A DNA stretch of 64,000 nucleotides from an uncultured delta proteobacterium (lineage in GTDB: Bacteria > Myxococcota_A > Polyangia > Polyangiales > Polyangiaceae). Each line of letters starts with the position of its first letter. Positions within the stretch are counted from its first letter, which is position 1. The notes under the pieces were generated by a model. That model ran no database searches. It had not been told where the DNA came from and saw only the letters and a list, made by a program, of their open reading frames with translations. A program made the position numbers and the translations under genes. Below, piece by piece: positions 9,952 through 19,078 of the stretch. The stretch covers positions 352,001-416,000 of the forward strand of contig CAVQUB010000013.1 of NCBI GenBank assembly GCA_963716725.1, read 5' to 3'.

Positions 9952-11789
9952 CGACGACCGACAGAAGCGAAGAGTACCGAACGCGTGCCGCACGCTTCGG
10001 GACCGAGGCCGACCGCCTGGCGGGTCGGTCAAGGCTCGTATCCAACCTGCGCGGCCTGTCCTTTGGGTTGGCGGTCGTCTCCGGGATCGTGGCGGCGACG
10101 GGGCGAGCCGTGACCCTGAGCGGCGCGCTGGCGGCTATCGGGCTCGGCGCTTTCCTGGTGCTGCTCGTGATCCACTCCCGGGTCATCGCCGCAGAAGACA
10201 CGGCCAAGCGCTGGGCGCGCGTGAACTTCGACGGAGTCCGGCGGGTCACCGGGAAGTGGCGCGAGCTCGTGGAGAACGGCTCGAGGTTCCAGGACCCCGC
10301 CCACGCCTATTCGGGGGACATCGATCTGTTCGGCCCGGGCTCTCTCTTCCATCGCCTGTCCGTCGCGCACACCCGCTACGGTCAAGAAGCGCTCGCACGC
10401 TTTCTCACGAACCCGGAGACGCGAGACTCCATCCTCGAGCGGCAGAACGCAGTACGCGCCCTCGGCCCCGAGCTCGAGACTCGCCAAGAGCTGGAAGCGT
10501 TGGGGCTGGGAGCCACCGAGCCGGACGGCAAGGCCCGCGCCGCCCGGCCGGCACCCGATCCCGAACCGCTCCTGGCGTGGGCGGAGAGCACGCCCACGCT
10601 GGGCAAGAAGACCGCGATCGTCTGGGCCGCCCGCGTGCTGCCGCTGCTCTCGGTCGCGGGCATGGTCGGCAGCGCCTGGTTCGGGCTGCCTGCATTGGCT
10701 TGGGGGGTTCCCATCGCGCTGTCCGTGCTGCTGAACCTCACGACCCGCACTGAGACAACGCGGGTATTCGCCGCGGTGTCGAGCACGGAAGGAGCGTTCT
10801 TGCGCTATGGCGCCATGCTCGCGCTGCTCGAGAAGCTCGATCTGCCGAGCCCGCTGCTCCGGTCGATGAAGCAGCAAATCGCCGAGAGTGGGCAGTTGCC
10901 GTCGGTGGCCATGGCCGATTTTCGGCGCGCCGTCAGCTGGTACGATCTGCGTCACAACGGACTGATCCATCCCTTTGCAAACACCATCTTGCTCTGGGAC
11001 ATCCACTGCACCTTGCTGCTCGAGCGCTGGCAGGGCCGGGCCGGCAAGGCCGCTCGCGGCTGGTTTCGGGCGTTGGGTGAGATCGAGGCGCTCTCGTCCT
11101 TTGCAGGCTTTCTGTACGACGACCCCGGCGCCACGTTCCCCGAGCTCTGTGAAGAACCCGCGGTCTTCGAGGCGGAGGCTTTGGCGCACCCGCTGCTCGG
11201 TCCGGGCACACGCGTCGCCAACGACCTCTCGCTGCCCGGTCCCGGGCGCGCGCTCCTGGTGACCGGATCGAATATGAGCGGAAAGAGCACGATGCTGCGC
11301 TCCATGGGGCTCGCCGCCGTGATGACCATGGCGGGTGCTCCGGTGGTGGCGAAGCGCCTCCGCTCGAGCTTGCTCGCGGTGCGCACCAGCATGCGGATCA
11401 GCGATTCGCTCGAGCAAGGCGTCAGCCACTTCTACGCCGAAGTGCGCAAGATGAAGGTCGTGCTCGACGCGACTCAGGGAGAGCTCCCGGTGTTCTTCCT
11501 TCTCGACGAGGTGTTGCACGGCACCAACTCGCGCGAACGACAGATCGGCGCGCGCTGGCTGCTCGGAGAGCTGATCGCGCGCGGCGCGGTCGGAGCGGTG
11601 TCGACGCACGACATGGAGCTTTGTCGCCTGCCCGAAGATCTGATGAAACACGTGGAGCAGGTGCACTTCCAGGAGAACGTCGCGGGCGGAGAGATGAACT
11701 TCGACTACAAGCTTCGCCCGGGCCCCGTGACCGCGGGCAACGCCCTCAGATTGATGAAGATCGTGGGGCTCGACGTGCCCCTGGAGTAG
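9948..11789 (+). CDS. Membrane-anchored MutS-related ATPase (MutS domain V only)
   Basis: N-terminal TMs, DIDLFG, Walker A VTGSNMSGKST, SHFYAE, LLDEVLHGTNS, STHD. Confidence 0.9.
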   Translation: MTTTDRSEEYRTRAARFGTEADRLAGRSRLVSNLRGLSFGLAVVSGIVAATGRAVTLSGALAAIGLGAFLVLLVIHSRVIAAEDTAKRWARVNFDGVRRVTGKWRELVENGSRFQDPAHAYSGDIDLFGPGSLFHRLSVAHTRYGQEALARFLTNPETRDSILERQNAVRALGPELETRQELEALGLGATEPDGKARAARPAPDPEPLLAWAESTPTLGKKTAIVWAARVLPLLSVAGMVGSAWFGLPALAWGVPIALSVLLNLTTRTETTRVFAAVSSTEGAFLRYGAMLALLEKLDLPSPLLRSMKQQIAESGQLPSVAMADFRRAVSWYDLRHNGLIHPFANTILLWDIHCTLLLERWQGRAGKAARGWFRALGEIEALSSFAGFLYDDPGATFPELCEEPAVFEAEALAHPLLGPGTRVANDLSLPGPGRALLVTGSNMSGKSTMLRSMGLAAVMTMAGAPVVAKRLRSSLLAVRTSMRISDSLEQGVSHFYAEVRKMKVVLDATQGELPVFFLLDEVLHGTNSRERQIGARWLLGELIARGAVGAVSTHDMELCRLPEDLMKHVEQVHFQENVAGGEMNFDYKLRPGPVTAGNALRLMKIVGLDVPLE

Positions 11790-11814
11790 GCTCGTGGGTG
11801 GTGCGGTCCTTGAT

Positions 11815-12327
11815 TCAAATCTGGACCACCGGAAAGTCGAAGCGCACGATCACTCGGTCTTGCAGCCGGATGGCGCCGAACAGCGCCTTGTAGGGCTGAA
11901 TGCCCCAGCGGGTCGGAACCAGCTCGGCCTCGCCGCGCCAGTGTCCGTCGGTCTCCCGTGCGGTCGCCGTGATGTCTTGGGTCTTCCCTACCAGCGTCAG
12001 CTTGCCCACGACGCTGTATCCGCCAGCGCCGCGGGTCGCTTCGCCGGCGAATTTGGCGTCCGGAAAGTCGCCCGTGCGGAGGATCTTCTTCTGGACGTTC
12101 GCGTTGATGTCGAGCCGATCGCTCTCGGAAATCCCGTGGGCGTCGAGCACGCCGCCCTTCATCGCGCCCTCCACGGACAGCGACGTCAGCGCGAAGCTGC
12201 CCTCGATGCGCGCGCCGTCGGTCTCGAGATGAAACTGACGCAGCTCGAGCAACAGGTCGTGGGCGACCTTCGACAGCAGGCCGTCTTTGAAGGTCAGGAC
12301 CTCGATGCGACCGGAAACGGGCTTCAT
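11815..12327 (-). CDS. YceI family lipid/polyisoprenoid-binding protein
   Basis: TFKDGLLSKVAHDL, GKLTLVGKT, WGIQPYKALFGAIRLQD. Confidence 0.8.
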   Translation of the reverse strand: MKPVSGRIEVLTFKDGLLSKVAHDLLLELRQFHLETDGARIEGSFALTSLSVEGAMKGGVLDAHGISESDRLDINANVQKKILRTGDFPDAKFAGEATRGAGGYSVVGKLTLVGKTQDITATARETDGHWRGEAELVPTRWGIQPYKALFGAIRLQDRVIVRFDFPVVQI

Positions 12328-12451
12328 CGCGCCGGTTTAGCCGCGGATGGCGCAGAGCGTAAGGGCTGTCGGCGCGCGGAATCTCGAATCACCCTTGCCC
12401 CTGGCCCAGAAGCGGCTAGCGTATGTGTGATTTTCAGCAGTTAGCTCCGCC

Positions 12452-13348
12452 GTGAGCGAGTTCGACGAAAAAACCCGGGTAACTCAGGTGGTCCAGCGGC
12501 CGTCGCCGGAGGAGAGCTCCGGCAACGACTGCGTGGTCGTGATCTACACGAAGGAACCGGGGCTGCTCGGGAAGCGGTTCGTGCTCGACCGCAACGAGAT
12601 CGGCATCGGGCGCGGCGCCGACAACATGATCGTGCTCGACGGTGACTCGGTCTCGCGCCGGCACGCCCAAATCGAACGCCGCAACAGCCGCTGGTTCATC
12701 GTGGACCACGGCTCGACCAACGGGACCTACCTCAACGAGGAGCAAATCGTCCGCGAAGCTCCCCTGAACAACAGCGATCGCCTCAAGGTCGGACCGACCA
12801 TTCTCAAATTTCTGTCGGGCGCCGACGCCGAGGCCAAATACCACGAAGAGATCTACCGCATGACCATCGTCGATGGTCTGACGCAGATCCACAACAAGCG
12901 GTACCTCTACGAGGCCCTCGAACGAGAAGTACTGCGCGCCCGCCGCCATGGCCGACCGCTCAGCATCCTGATGTTCGACATCGATTTCTTCAAACGCGTC
13001 AACGATCAGTACGGACACCTCGCTGGGGACTACGTGCTGCGCGAGTTGGCGAGGGTGGTACAATCTCGGATCCGACGCGACGAGGTCTTCGCTCGCTACG
13101 GCGGGGAAGAATTCGTGATCGCGCTGCCCGAGACGCCGCTGGAGGGAGCGGCTTCGCTGGCCCAGAATCTTCGCGCGCGCGTGGCGGAGCACACCTTCAT
13201 CTTCCAAGGTGAAAGCATCCCCGTCACCGTGAGCATCGGCGCCGCGGTCCTGAGCCCGGAGGACAAGACCGCGACGGATCTGGTCCAGCGCGCCGACGAA
13301 AAGTTGTACGAAGCGAAGCGCGGCGGCCGCAATCGGGTCTGCCACTGA
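12452..13348 (+). CDS. FHA-domain diguanylate cyclase
   Basis: FHA (IGRG, SVSRRHA, GSTNGTY) plus GGDEF domain (RYGGEEF, DIDFFKRVND, RxxD I-site RRDE). Confidence 0.93.
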   Translation: MSEFDEKTRVTQVVQRPSPEESSGNDCVVVIYTKEPGLLGKRFVLDRNEIGIGRGADNMIVLDGDSVSRRHAQIERRNSRWFIVDHGSTNGTYLNEEQIVREAPLNNSDRLKVGPTILKFLSGADAEAKYHEEIYRMTIVDGLTQIHNKRYLYEALEREVLRARRHGRPLSILMFDIDFFKRVNDQYGHLAGDYVLRELARVVQSRIRRDEVFARYGGEEFVIALPETPLEGAASLAQNLRARVAEHTFIFQGESIPVTVSIGAAVLSPEDKTATDLVQRADEKLYEAKRGGRNRVCH

Positions 13349-13375
13349 CGCGAGGCTCGCCGCGAGCCGCCGACC

Positions 13376-14704
13376 ATGAGCTTCAGCGAGTTCCCTCCGC
13401 CCCCCGAGCTCGATCCGGGGCAGGATCTGCCGCACCTGCGCGTGCCCCCGCCGGGCCCGGCGTCGCGATCGTGGCTGGTGCGCTACGCGCACTCGGCGGC
13501 GCCCATGGGCCCGAAGCGCATGCCGGGGCAGCGCGCTTCGACGGTGGTGTTCGCTCGAGGCCTTGGCTGCAACATGATCGATGTCGACGGCAACCGCTAC
13601 GTGGACCTGGCGGCCGGGTTCGGCGCGCTCTTGTTGGGCCACTCGCCTCCGGCTATCCGCCGCGTGCTCGAGCTGCAGGCCAATCGCCTGTGGCAAGCCC
13701 TGGGCGACGTGCACCCCGCCGATGCCCGCGTCGCGCTCACTGAGCGCCTCGCGCGGCTGCATCCGAGCGGCGACGCCCAGGTCGTGCTCGGACAGTCGGG
13801 CGCCGACGCCATCACTGCCGCGCTCAAGACCGCCGCGCTCTTCACCGGCAAGGCGGGGGTGCTCGCTTTCAGCGGCGCGTATCACGGTCTGTCCTACGGA
13901 CCGCTCGCTGCGCTGGGGCTGCGTGATAGCTATCGTGCCCCCTTCTCGGCACAGCTCAATCCGTCCGTCCGTTTCGTGCCCTACCCTCACGACGAAGCCT
14001 CGCTCGACGCATCGATCGAACGCGCTCGCTTCGAGCTGGCTCGAGGTGACGTGGGAGCGGTGATCGTCGAGCCGATCTTGGGGCGCGGCGGCTGTGTCGT
14101 GCCTCCACCTGCGTTCATGGAACAGCTCGCCACGCTGGCGCGGGGGGCGTCGGCGCTGCTGATCGCGGATGAGATTTGGACCGGACTGGGGCGATGCGGG
14201 GCGTGGCTTCGTTCGTCCCGCGATGGTGTCATCGCCGACGTGATTTGCCTGGGCAAGGGCCTGGGCGGGGGCTTGCCCATCAGCGCGTGCATCGGCCGGC
14301 GGGAGGTGATGGCGGCCTGGTCTCGCGACGATGAAGTCGTCCACACCTCCACCTTTGCGGGCGCGCCCTTGGCTTGCGCCACGGCGCTCGCCACTCTGGA
14401 CGCGCTGTCGCGTGATCACCTGCCAGAGCGCGCCGCCGCCGTCGGGGAGCGCTTCGCCCATCGCCTGGCCGAGGTCGGAGTGAAAGTGCGGGGCGCGGGG
14501 CTGATGTTGGGCATCGAACTCGGAGGTCAGCCCGGCGCCGCCGTGAAGCTCGGGAAACGCCTGCTCGCCGCGGGCTACCTCACGAGCACCGGCGGCGGCG
14601 CGCGAGAGACGCTGGTTCTGACTCCTCCGCTCGTCATCGCCGAGACGTTGCTCGACGCCTTCGCCTCGGAGCTCGCGCTCTGCGCACCGGGGCTGCTTTC
14701 GTGA
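13376..14704 (+). CDS. Class III PLP-dependent aminotransferase
   Basis: DVDGNRYVD, AYHGLS, VEPILG, ADEIWTGLGR, LGKGLGGG, HTSTFAG. Confidence 0.9.
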   Translation: MSFSEFPPPPELDPGQDLPHLRVPPPGPASRSWLVRYAHSAAPMGPKRMPGQRASTVVFARGLGCNMIDVDGNRYVDLAAGFGALLLGHSPPAIRRVLELQANRLWQALGDVHPADARVALTERLARLHPSGDAQVVLGQSGADAITAALKTAALFTGKAGVLAFSGAYHGLSYGPLAALGLRDSYRAPFSAQLNPSVRFVPYPHDEASLDASIERARFELARGDVGAVIVEPILGRGGCVVPPPAFMEQLATLARGASALLIADEIWTGLGRCGAWLRSSRDGVIADVICLGKGLGGGLPISACIGRREVMAAWSRDDEVVHTSTFAGAPLACATALATLDALSRDHLPERAAAVGERFAHRLAEVGVKVRGAGLMLGIELGGQPGAAVKLGKRLLAAGYLTSTGGGARETLVLTPPLVIAETLLDAFASELALCAPGLLS

Positions 14705-15798
14705 GCCTAACGGACGAGTCCGACGCGCTGCACGCGCGTGTGCGCGCCTTCGCTCGGGGTCAGAGCCACGAAGGCTTCGACGCCCTCGCCCTCGAGATCG
14801 CGCAGTTTCAACGGCGGTGGTCGGCGGGCTTTCGGCGTCTGTGCGCGGCGCACGGCGGCTTCTCGAACGTCGACGAGATCCCTGCCGTTCCCAGCGATGC
14901 CTTTCGACTGGCTCGCGTCGCCGTGCACCCGCCCCAGCTCGACGTCGCGCGCTTCATGACCAGCGGCACGAGTGGCAGCAATCGCGGCGTCCACGCGCTG
15001 CGCACTCTCGAGACCTACTCGGAGGTCGCCCGCGCCTGGGGTTCGCGAGGGCTGTGCTCGCCGAAACAGCCGACACGCGTCGTGCTCGCGTTGGCTGAAG
15101 ACCCCGGTGATCCCGGCGAGTCGTCCCTCGGCCACATGATGCGCCTGTTCATGGGCTCCTTCGATGGGCGCGCGCGCGACGCTTGGCTGATAGGAGACGG
15201 CCGGGTGCGCCTGGAGGCCTGCGACCGCGCCCTGGGCGAGGCCCGCGCTCTCGGCGAGCCGCTCTTGGTCTTGGCCCCGGCCTTCGCCCTGGTTGCGCTG
15301 CTCGAAGCCCTGAACGGCCGGGTGATCGAGGCCCCGGCAGGCACGGTGGTGATGCAGACGGGCGGCTTCAAGGGACGCACGCGTGAGCTCGATCCGAATA
15401 CGCTGCGCGCCGAGGTCGCGCGAACGTTCTGCATTCCACCCGAGCAAGTCGTGGGCGAGTACGGCATGACCGAACTCTCGAGCCAGCTCTACGAGGGCAC
15501 GCTGCCGGGAGGTGAGCTCGCGGCGGAGCCGGGCGTGTACTTGCCGCCGCCGTGGCTCCGCGTCAGCGCCGTCGATCCGCTCACCTTGACCGAGGTCCCC
15601 GCAGGCGAGACGGGCCTCGCACGCTTCGTGGATCTCGCCAACGTCGACGGCGCGGTCGCCGTGCTCACCCAAGACCTCGTGCGCCGACGTGGCGAGGGCA
15701 TCGAGCTCGTCGGTCGCAAGCCGGGCGCGCCGCCACGCGGTTGCTCACTCGCCATCGAGGCGATGCTGAGTCAGCCCGTGAGCTGCTCGGACAAGTAG
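14701..15798 (+). CDS. LuxE-like acyl-protein synthetase
   Basis: FMTSGTSG, MQTGGFKGR, GEYGMTELSSQ, DLAN, LTQDL, C-terminal RGCS. Confidence 0.85.
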   Translation: MSLTDESDALHARVRAFARGQSHEGFDALALEIAQFQRRWSAGFRRLCAAHGGFSNVDEIPAVPSDAFRLARVAVHPPQLDVARFMTSGTSGSNRGVHALRTLETYSEVARAWGSRGLCSPKQPTRVVLALAEDPGDPGESSLGHMMRLFMGSFDGRARDAWLIGDGRVRLEACDRALGEARALGEPLLVLAPAFALVALLEALNGRVIEAPAGTVVMQTGGFKGRTRELDPNTLRAEVARTFCIPPEQVVGEYGMTELSSQLYEGTLPGGELAAEPGVYLPPPWLRVSAVDPLTLTEVPAGETGLARFVDLANVDGAVAVLTQDLVRRRGEGIELVGRKPGAPPRGCSLAIEAMLSQPVSCSDK

Positions 15799-16241
15799 AG
15801 CTCTTTTCCGATCTGGCGAGCAGCGTGCAGCTGCGCTTCGAGCCAGTCGATAGACTCTTCTTCTTCTTTCAAGATGGCCGCCAGAAGCTCACGTGTTCCG
15901 TGGTCGCCTTTGGCCACGCAGAGCGCGATGCCTTTGTTCAGGCGGGCCCGCGCCTCGACCTCGACGGCGAGATCGAGCTCGTGCTGCTCGATGGGATCTT
16001 CGCCGACGCGCACCGGGTACAAGCGCTGCATATTCGGGGTGCCGTCCAAGAACAGGATGCGTTCGATCACGGTGTCGGCATGCCGCATCTCTTCGATCGA
16101 CTCCTCGCGCTTCTTCTTGGCCAGCCGCGGATAGCCCCAGTTGCCGCACATCTTGGCGTGCACGAAGTACTGGTTGATGGCGGTCAGCTCTGCGCTGAGC
16201 AGGTCGTTCAAGAGCTCGATGACTTCGGGGTCGCCTTTCAC
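15771..16241 (-). CDS. bfr: Bacterioferritin
   Basis: GTG start after GGAGG; KGDPEVIELLN..ELTAINQYFVH, EEMRHAD, ERILFLDG. Confidence 0.95.
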   Translation of the reverse strand: MKGDPEVIELLNDLLSAELTAINQYFVHAKMCGNWGYPRLAKKKREESIEEMRHADTVIERILFLDGTPNMQRLYPVRVGEDPIEQHELDLAVEVEARARLNKGIALCVAKGDHGTRELLAAILKEEEESIDWLEAQLHAARQIGKELYLSEQLTG

Positions 16242-16338
16242 GCATTCCTCCAGGGGCGGAGCGTAGTGTCCCCGACCTCCAATGCGTACCGCCAATCCGA
16301 CGGGGCAAAATCACCTGGAAAATGGGGCCTGTCATTTT

Positions 16339-16357
16339 GATATTGAAAGTCATTTTC
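16339..16357. promoter_or_regulatory. Fur box between divergent bfr and bfd
   Basis: GATATTGAAAGTCATTTTC matches 15/19 of the consensus GATAATGATAATCATTATC; AT-rich island in high-GC DNA. Confidence 0.8.
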
Positions 16358-16386
16358 ATCTGGCTAGACTGAGCCTCGGAGGTCAC

Positions 16387-16596
16387 GTGCTGGTCTGTCA
16401 CTGCCACAAGGTCTGCCACCGAAGAGTCCTGGAAGCCTGCGACGCCGGCGCGGAGAGCGTGGAAGAGGTCGGCCGCGCCTGCGGGGCCGGCACCAGTTGC
16501 GGCGGCTGTCGCCCTCTGGTCGAGGATCTAATCCGCGTGCATCGCCGCGCGGCCGCCAGCTCCGGCGAACCCCAGAGCCACGCTCCGGCCGCCTGA
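16387..16596 (+). CDS. bfd: Bacterioferritin-associated [2Fe-2S] ferredoxin
   Basis: GTG after GGAGG; VCHCHKV...GAGTSCGGC. Confidence 0.9.
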   Translation: MLVCHCHKVCHRRVLEACDAGAESVEEVGRACGAGTSCGGCRPLVEDLIRVHRRAAASSGEPQSHAPAA

Positions 16597-16733
16597 TCAC
16601 GCGCCTGGGAGCTGCAAGCGCGGACAGCCCGCTCTCGGCGCTGCGCTCCCGGCTCGAAGGCGCGAGGTTGATCACGCAAGCTGGCACTGATGGTCGGCGC
16701 CACGTCATACTGCCCCGGCTCCCCGCCCGGCTC

Positions 16734-17789
16734 ATGTCCTCGCAAGCCCGCCTCAGCGCACTGATCAACGCCGCGAGGCGGCTCAGCGATCCCCGGGACC
16801 CGTTGGGTCACGCGGCCCGCGCCCAGCTGCCCTCGAGCACTGGGCTGTCGCCGGAGAACGTCGAACTCGCCCTGCGCGAGGTGCTGGAGACCGAGCCCAC
16901 CGAGAGCGAGATCCGCGCGCTGATCGCCTCGGCTCCACCGGCGCCCCGCGTGCACGTCCAGCTCGCGCCGAACGTGTTCACCGCTCCGCTCCGGGCCATC
17001 GCGCTGGCGCTGGCCCAATCGCCCAGCGTGTTCGTCCGTGCGTCGCGACGTGAGCCCGTGTTCGCTCGATTGCTCCAGCAAGCCTCCGCGGCCTTCGAGC
17101 TCGTCGAGTCGCTGGCGCCGGCGCCCGGCGATCACCTCTGGGCCTACGGCTCAGACGACACGCTGTCGAGCCTCCTTCGGCAGCTGCCGGCCGGCGTCGT
17201 TCTGCACGCTCACGGCCCGGGGTTCGGCATCGCGTTGATCGCCGCAGGCGCTTCCGGCGCGGCGAGTGCCTTGGCGAGCGACCTGGTTCCCTTCGACCAG
17301 CGCGGCTGCTTGAGCCCTCGCGTGGCGGTGGTCGTGGGTACGGCGGACGACGCGCGCAGCTTCGCACGAGAGGTCGCGCTGGAGCTGGATCGCGCCGCGT
17401 CGCGGGTGCCGCTCGGCCGCATCGATGACGATGAACGCGCGGCGTGTGCCCTGCTGCGCGAGACCATGAGCTACGCCGGTGAGGTCTTCGGTTGCGGCTC
17501 GGGCTGGGTCGCCGTGGACGAGGTCCCCCAGCGCTTGGTGCCCACGCCGGGCGCGCGGTCCTTGGTGGTGACACGCTCGGAATCGTCGCTCGACTGGCTT
17601 CAAGCCTTCGACGCCGTCATCACTTGCGTGGGGATCGCGGGGCCCGAGTCCCTCGTGCACGCGGCGGCGCAGGCGCTGCCCGGCGCACGACTGTGTCCGC
17701 TCGGCGGCATGCAGCGCCCGGCCTTCGACGGTCCGGTGGATCGGCGGCCCGGGTCGCGACCGCGACGCACCGGGGGGGATTCGAGCTAG
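16734..17789 (+). CDS. LuxC-like acyl-CoA reductase
   Basis: STGLSPENV, AYGSDDT, HGPGFG, FDQRGCLSP (catalytic Cys), LGGMQRP..DG. Confidence 0.8.
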   Translation: MSSQARLSALINAARRLSDPRDPLGHAARAQLPSSTGLSPENVELALREVLETEPTESEIRALIASAPPAPRVHVQLAPNVFTAPLRAIALALAQSPSVFVRASRREPVFARLLQQASAAFELVESLAPAPGDHLWAYGSDDTLSSLLRQLPAGVVLHAHGPGFGIALIAAGASGAASALASDLVPFDQRGCLSPRVAVVVGTADDARSFAREVALELDRAASRVPLGRIDDDERAACALLRETMSYAGEVFGCGSGWVAVDEVPQRLVPTPGARSLVVTRSESSLDWLQAFDAVITCVGIAGPESLVHAAAQALPGARLCPLGGMQRPAFDGPVDRRPGSRPRRTGGDSS

Positions 17790-17799
17790 ACTCCGCCCG

Positions 17800-19074
17800 G
17801 TGTCGATGACGAAGCGGGGCGGATTGCTCCTGGGGCTCCTCGGCCTCGGCGCGTGCGGCAACCCGCTGATGGGCGGCAGCGGCGGCGCGCTCCGGGCCAA
17901 AGCACCCGAAACAGAGACGGGGCAGTCGAAGTGCAAGGTCGCCGCCAGCGCGGAGAACCCGCTGGTGACCGAGTGGCCGGCGTCCGAGAAGGCCAACCTC
18001 GAGGCGCGATTGCGCGAGGGAGGCGTGGTCGTCAGCTATTCGGGCTGCGAGATGAAACTGTTGCCGCAGTGCCGCGTGCGCGGCGCCTACGGCTGGCGCC
18101 GCACCACGACGACCACCGATGTGGTGGAGATCCACGACGCCGATGAGCTCTACGCGAAGCTGCCCCTCGGTGCAGTCTCCCTCGAGGGCCAGCTCGAGCG
18201 GAGCGGTCGCCTCGCGGTGCAAACCACGATCGCCGGGCAGCTGGAGCTGCAGGGCTGGGACAAACAGGTCTCCGAGGACGCGACCTGCGCGGGCGCCAGC
18301 CACCTGGTCGGCGCGCTGTCCATCGGCGCCTTCAAGCTGCGGGCTGGTGGCAGCCTGAAGGCCAAGGGCGGAGTGGGCGTGGTCGGCGTAGGCTCGACGG
18401 GCGCCGCGACTCAGAGTTCGGAGTCCGTACTGCGGGAGGCCGGGTCGCCGGACGCCTGCAAAGAGTCGACGGACGCGGCTGCGCACAATGAGTGCCGATC
18501 GCCGATTCAGGTCTTCCTCTGGCCGCTGCCCAAGGAGCTGGCCGACCGCGGCCCCGCAGGCGCCGTCAAGGTCAACTTCCTCTCGGCAAACTCCGAGCAC
18601 CAGTACGACGTCGCAGTGAGCGACCGGAAGCTGTGCACCACCCCCTGCTCGCGTTGGGTGGATCCGGCCGTTCCATTCAGCTTCGTGCACGAAGCGGCCT
18701 GGTACGAGCGCAACGAGCGCATTGAAGTGCCAGATCTGCGCGAGCACCAGGCGAAGGGCAACAAGGTCGACGCTCGCGCCTACCCCACCAAGACCGGCAA
18801 GCTGGCCGGCGGCATCGTCATGACGACCTTCGGCGGCATCGGTGTGCTCACCGGCGCAGCGCTGACGGCTGTCGGCGCCGCCAAAGACCAGAGCTCCACG
18901 CTCACCGCGGGCCTGATCACGCTGCCGGTGGGCATCGGGCTCACGGTGCCTGGGATTTTGCTGATCGTGAACAGCGGGTCTCGAGTCGAGATTGATCCGG
19001 CCAACCCGAATGCACCCGCGCCGATGCCCACCGCGGCGCGACGCCTCGAGCTCGGAGTGGGCGGACGGTTCTGA
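17800..19074 (+). CDS. Hypothetical lipoprotein, Cys-containing, with C-terminal TM hairpin
   Basis: Lipobox LGAC; 424-aa ORF. Confidence 0.65.
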   Translation: MSMTKRGGLLLGLLGLGACGNPLMGGSGGALRAKAPETETGQSKCKVAASAENPLVTEWPASEKANLEARLREGGVVVSYSGCEMKLLPQCRVRGAYGWRRTTTTTDVVEIHDADELYAKLPLGAVSLEGQLERSGRLAVQTTIAGQLELQGWDKQVSEDATCAGASHLVGALSIGAFKLRAGGSLKAKGGVGVVGVGSTGAATQSSESVLREAGSPDACKESTDAAAHNECRSPIQVFLWPLPKELADRGPAGAVKVNFLSANSEHQYDVAVSDRKLCTTPCSRWVDPAVPFSFVHEAAWYERNERIEVPDLREHQAKGNKVDARAYPTKTGKLAGGIVMTTFGGIGVLTGAALTAVGAAKDQSSTLTAGLITLPVGIGLTVPGILLIVNSGSRVEIDPANPNAPAPMPTAARRLELGVGGRF

Positions 19075-19078
19075 GGGC

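Noticed and set aside
9948..11789. Canonical mismatch-repair MutS
   Set aside because: It lacks the mismatch-binding domains and has TM segments; only the ATPase domain is present
14701..17789. Bioluminescence operon
   Set aside because: No luxA, luxB or luxD in the window
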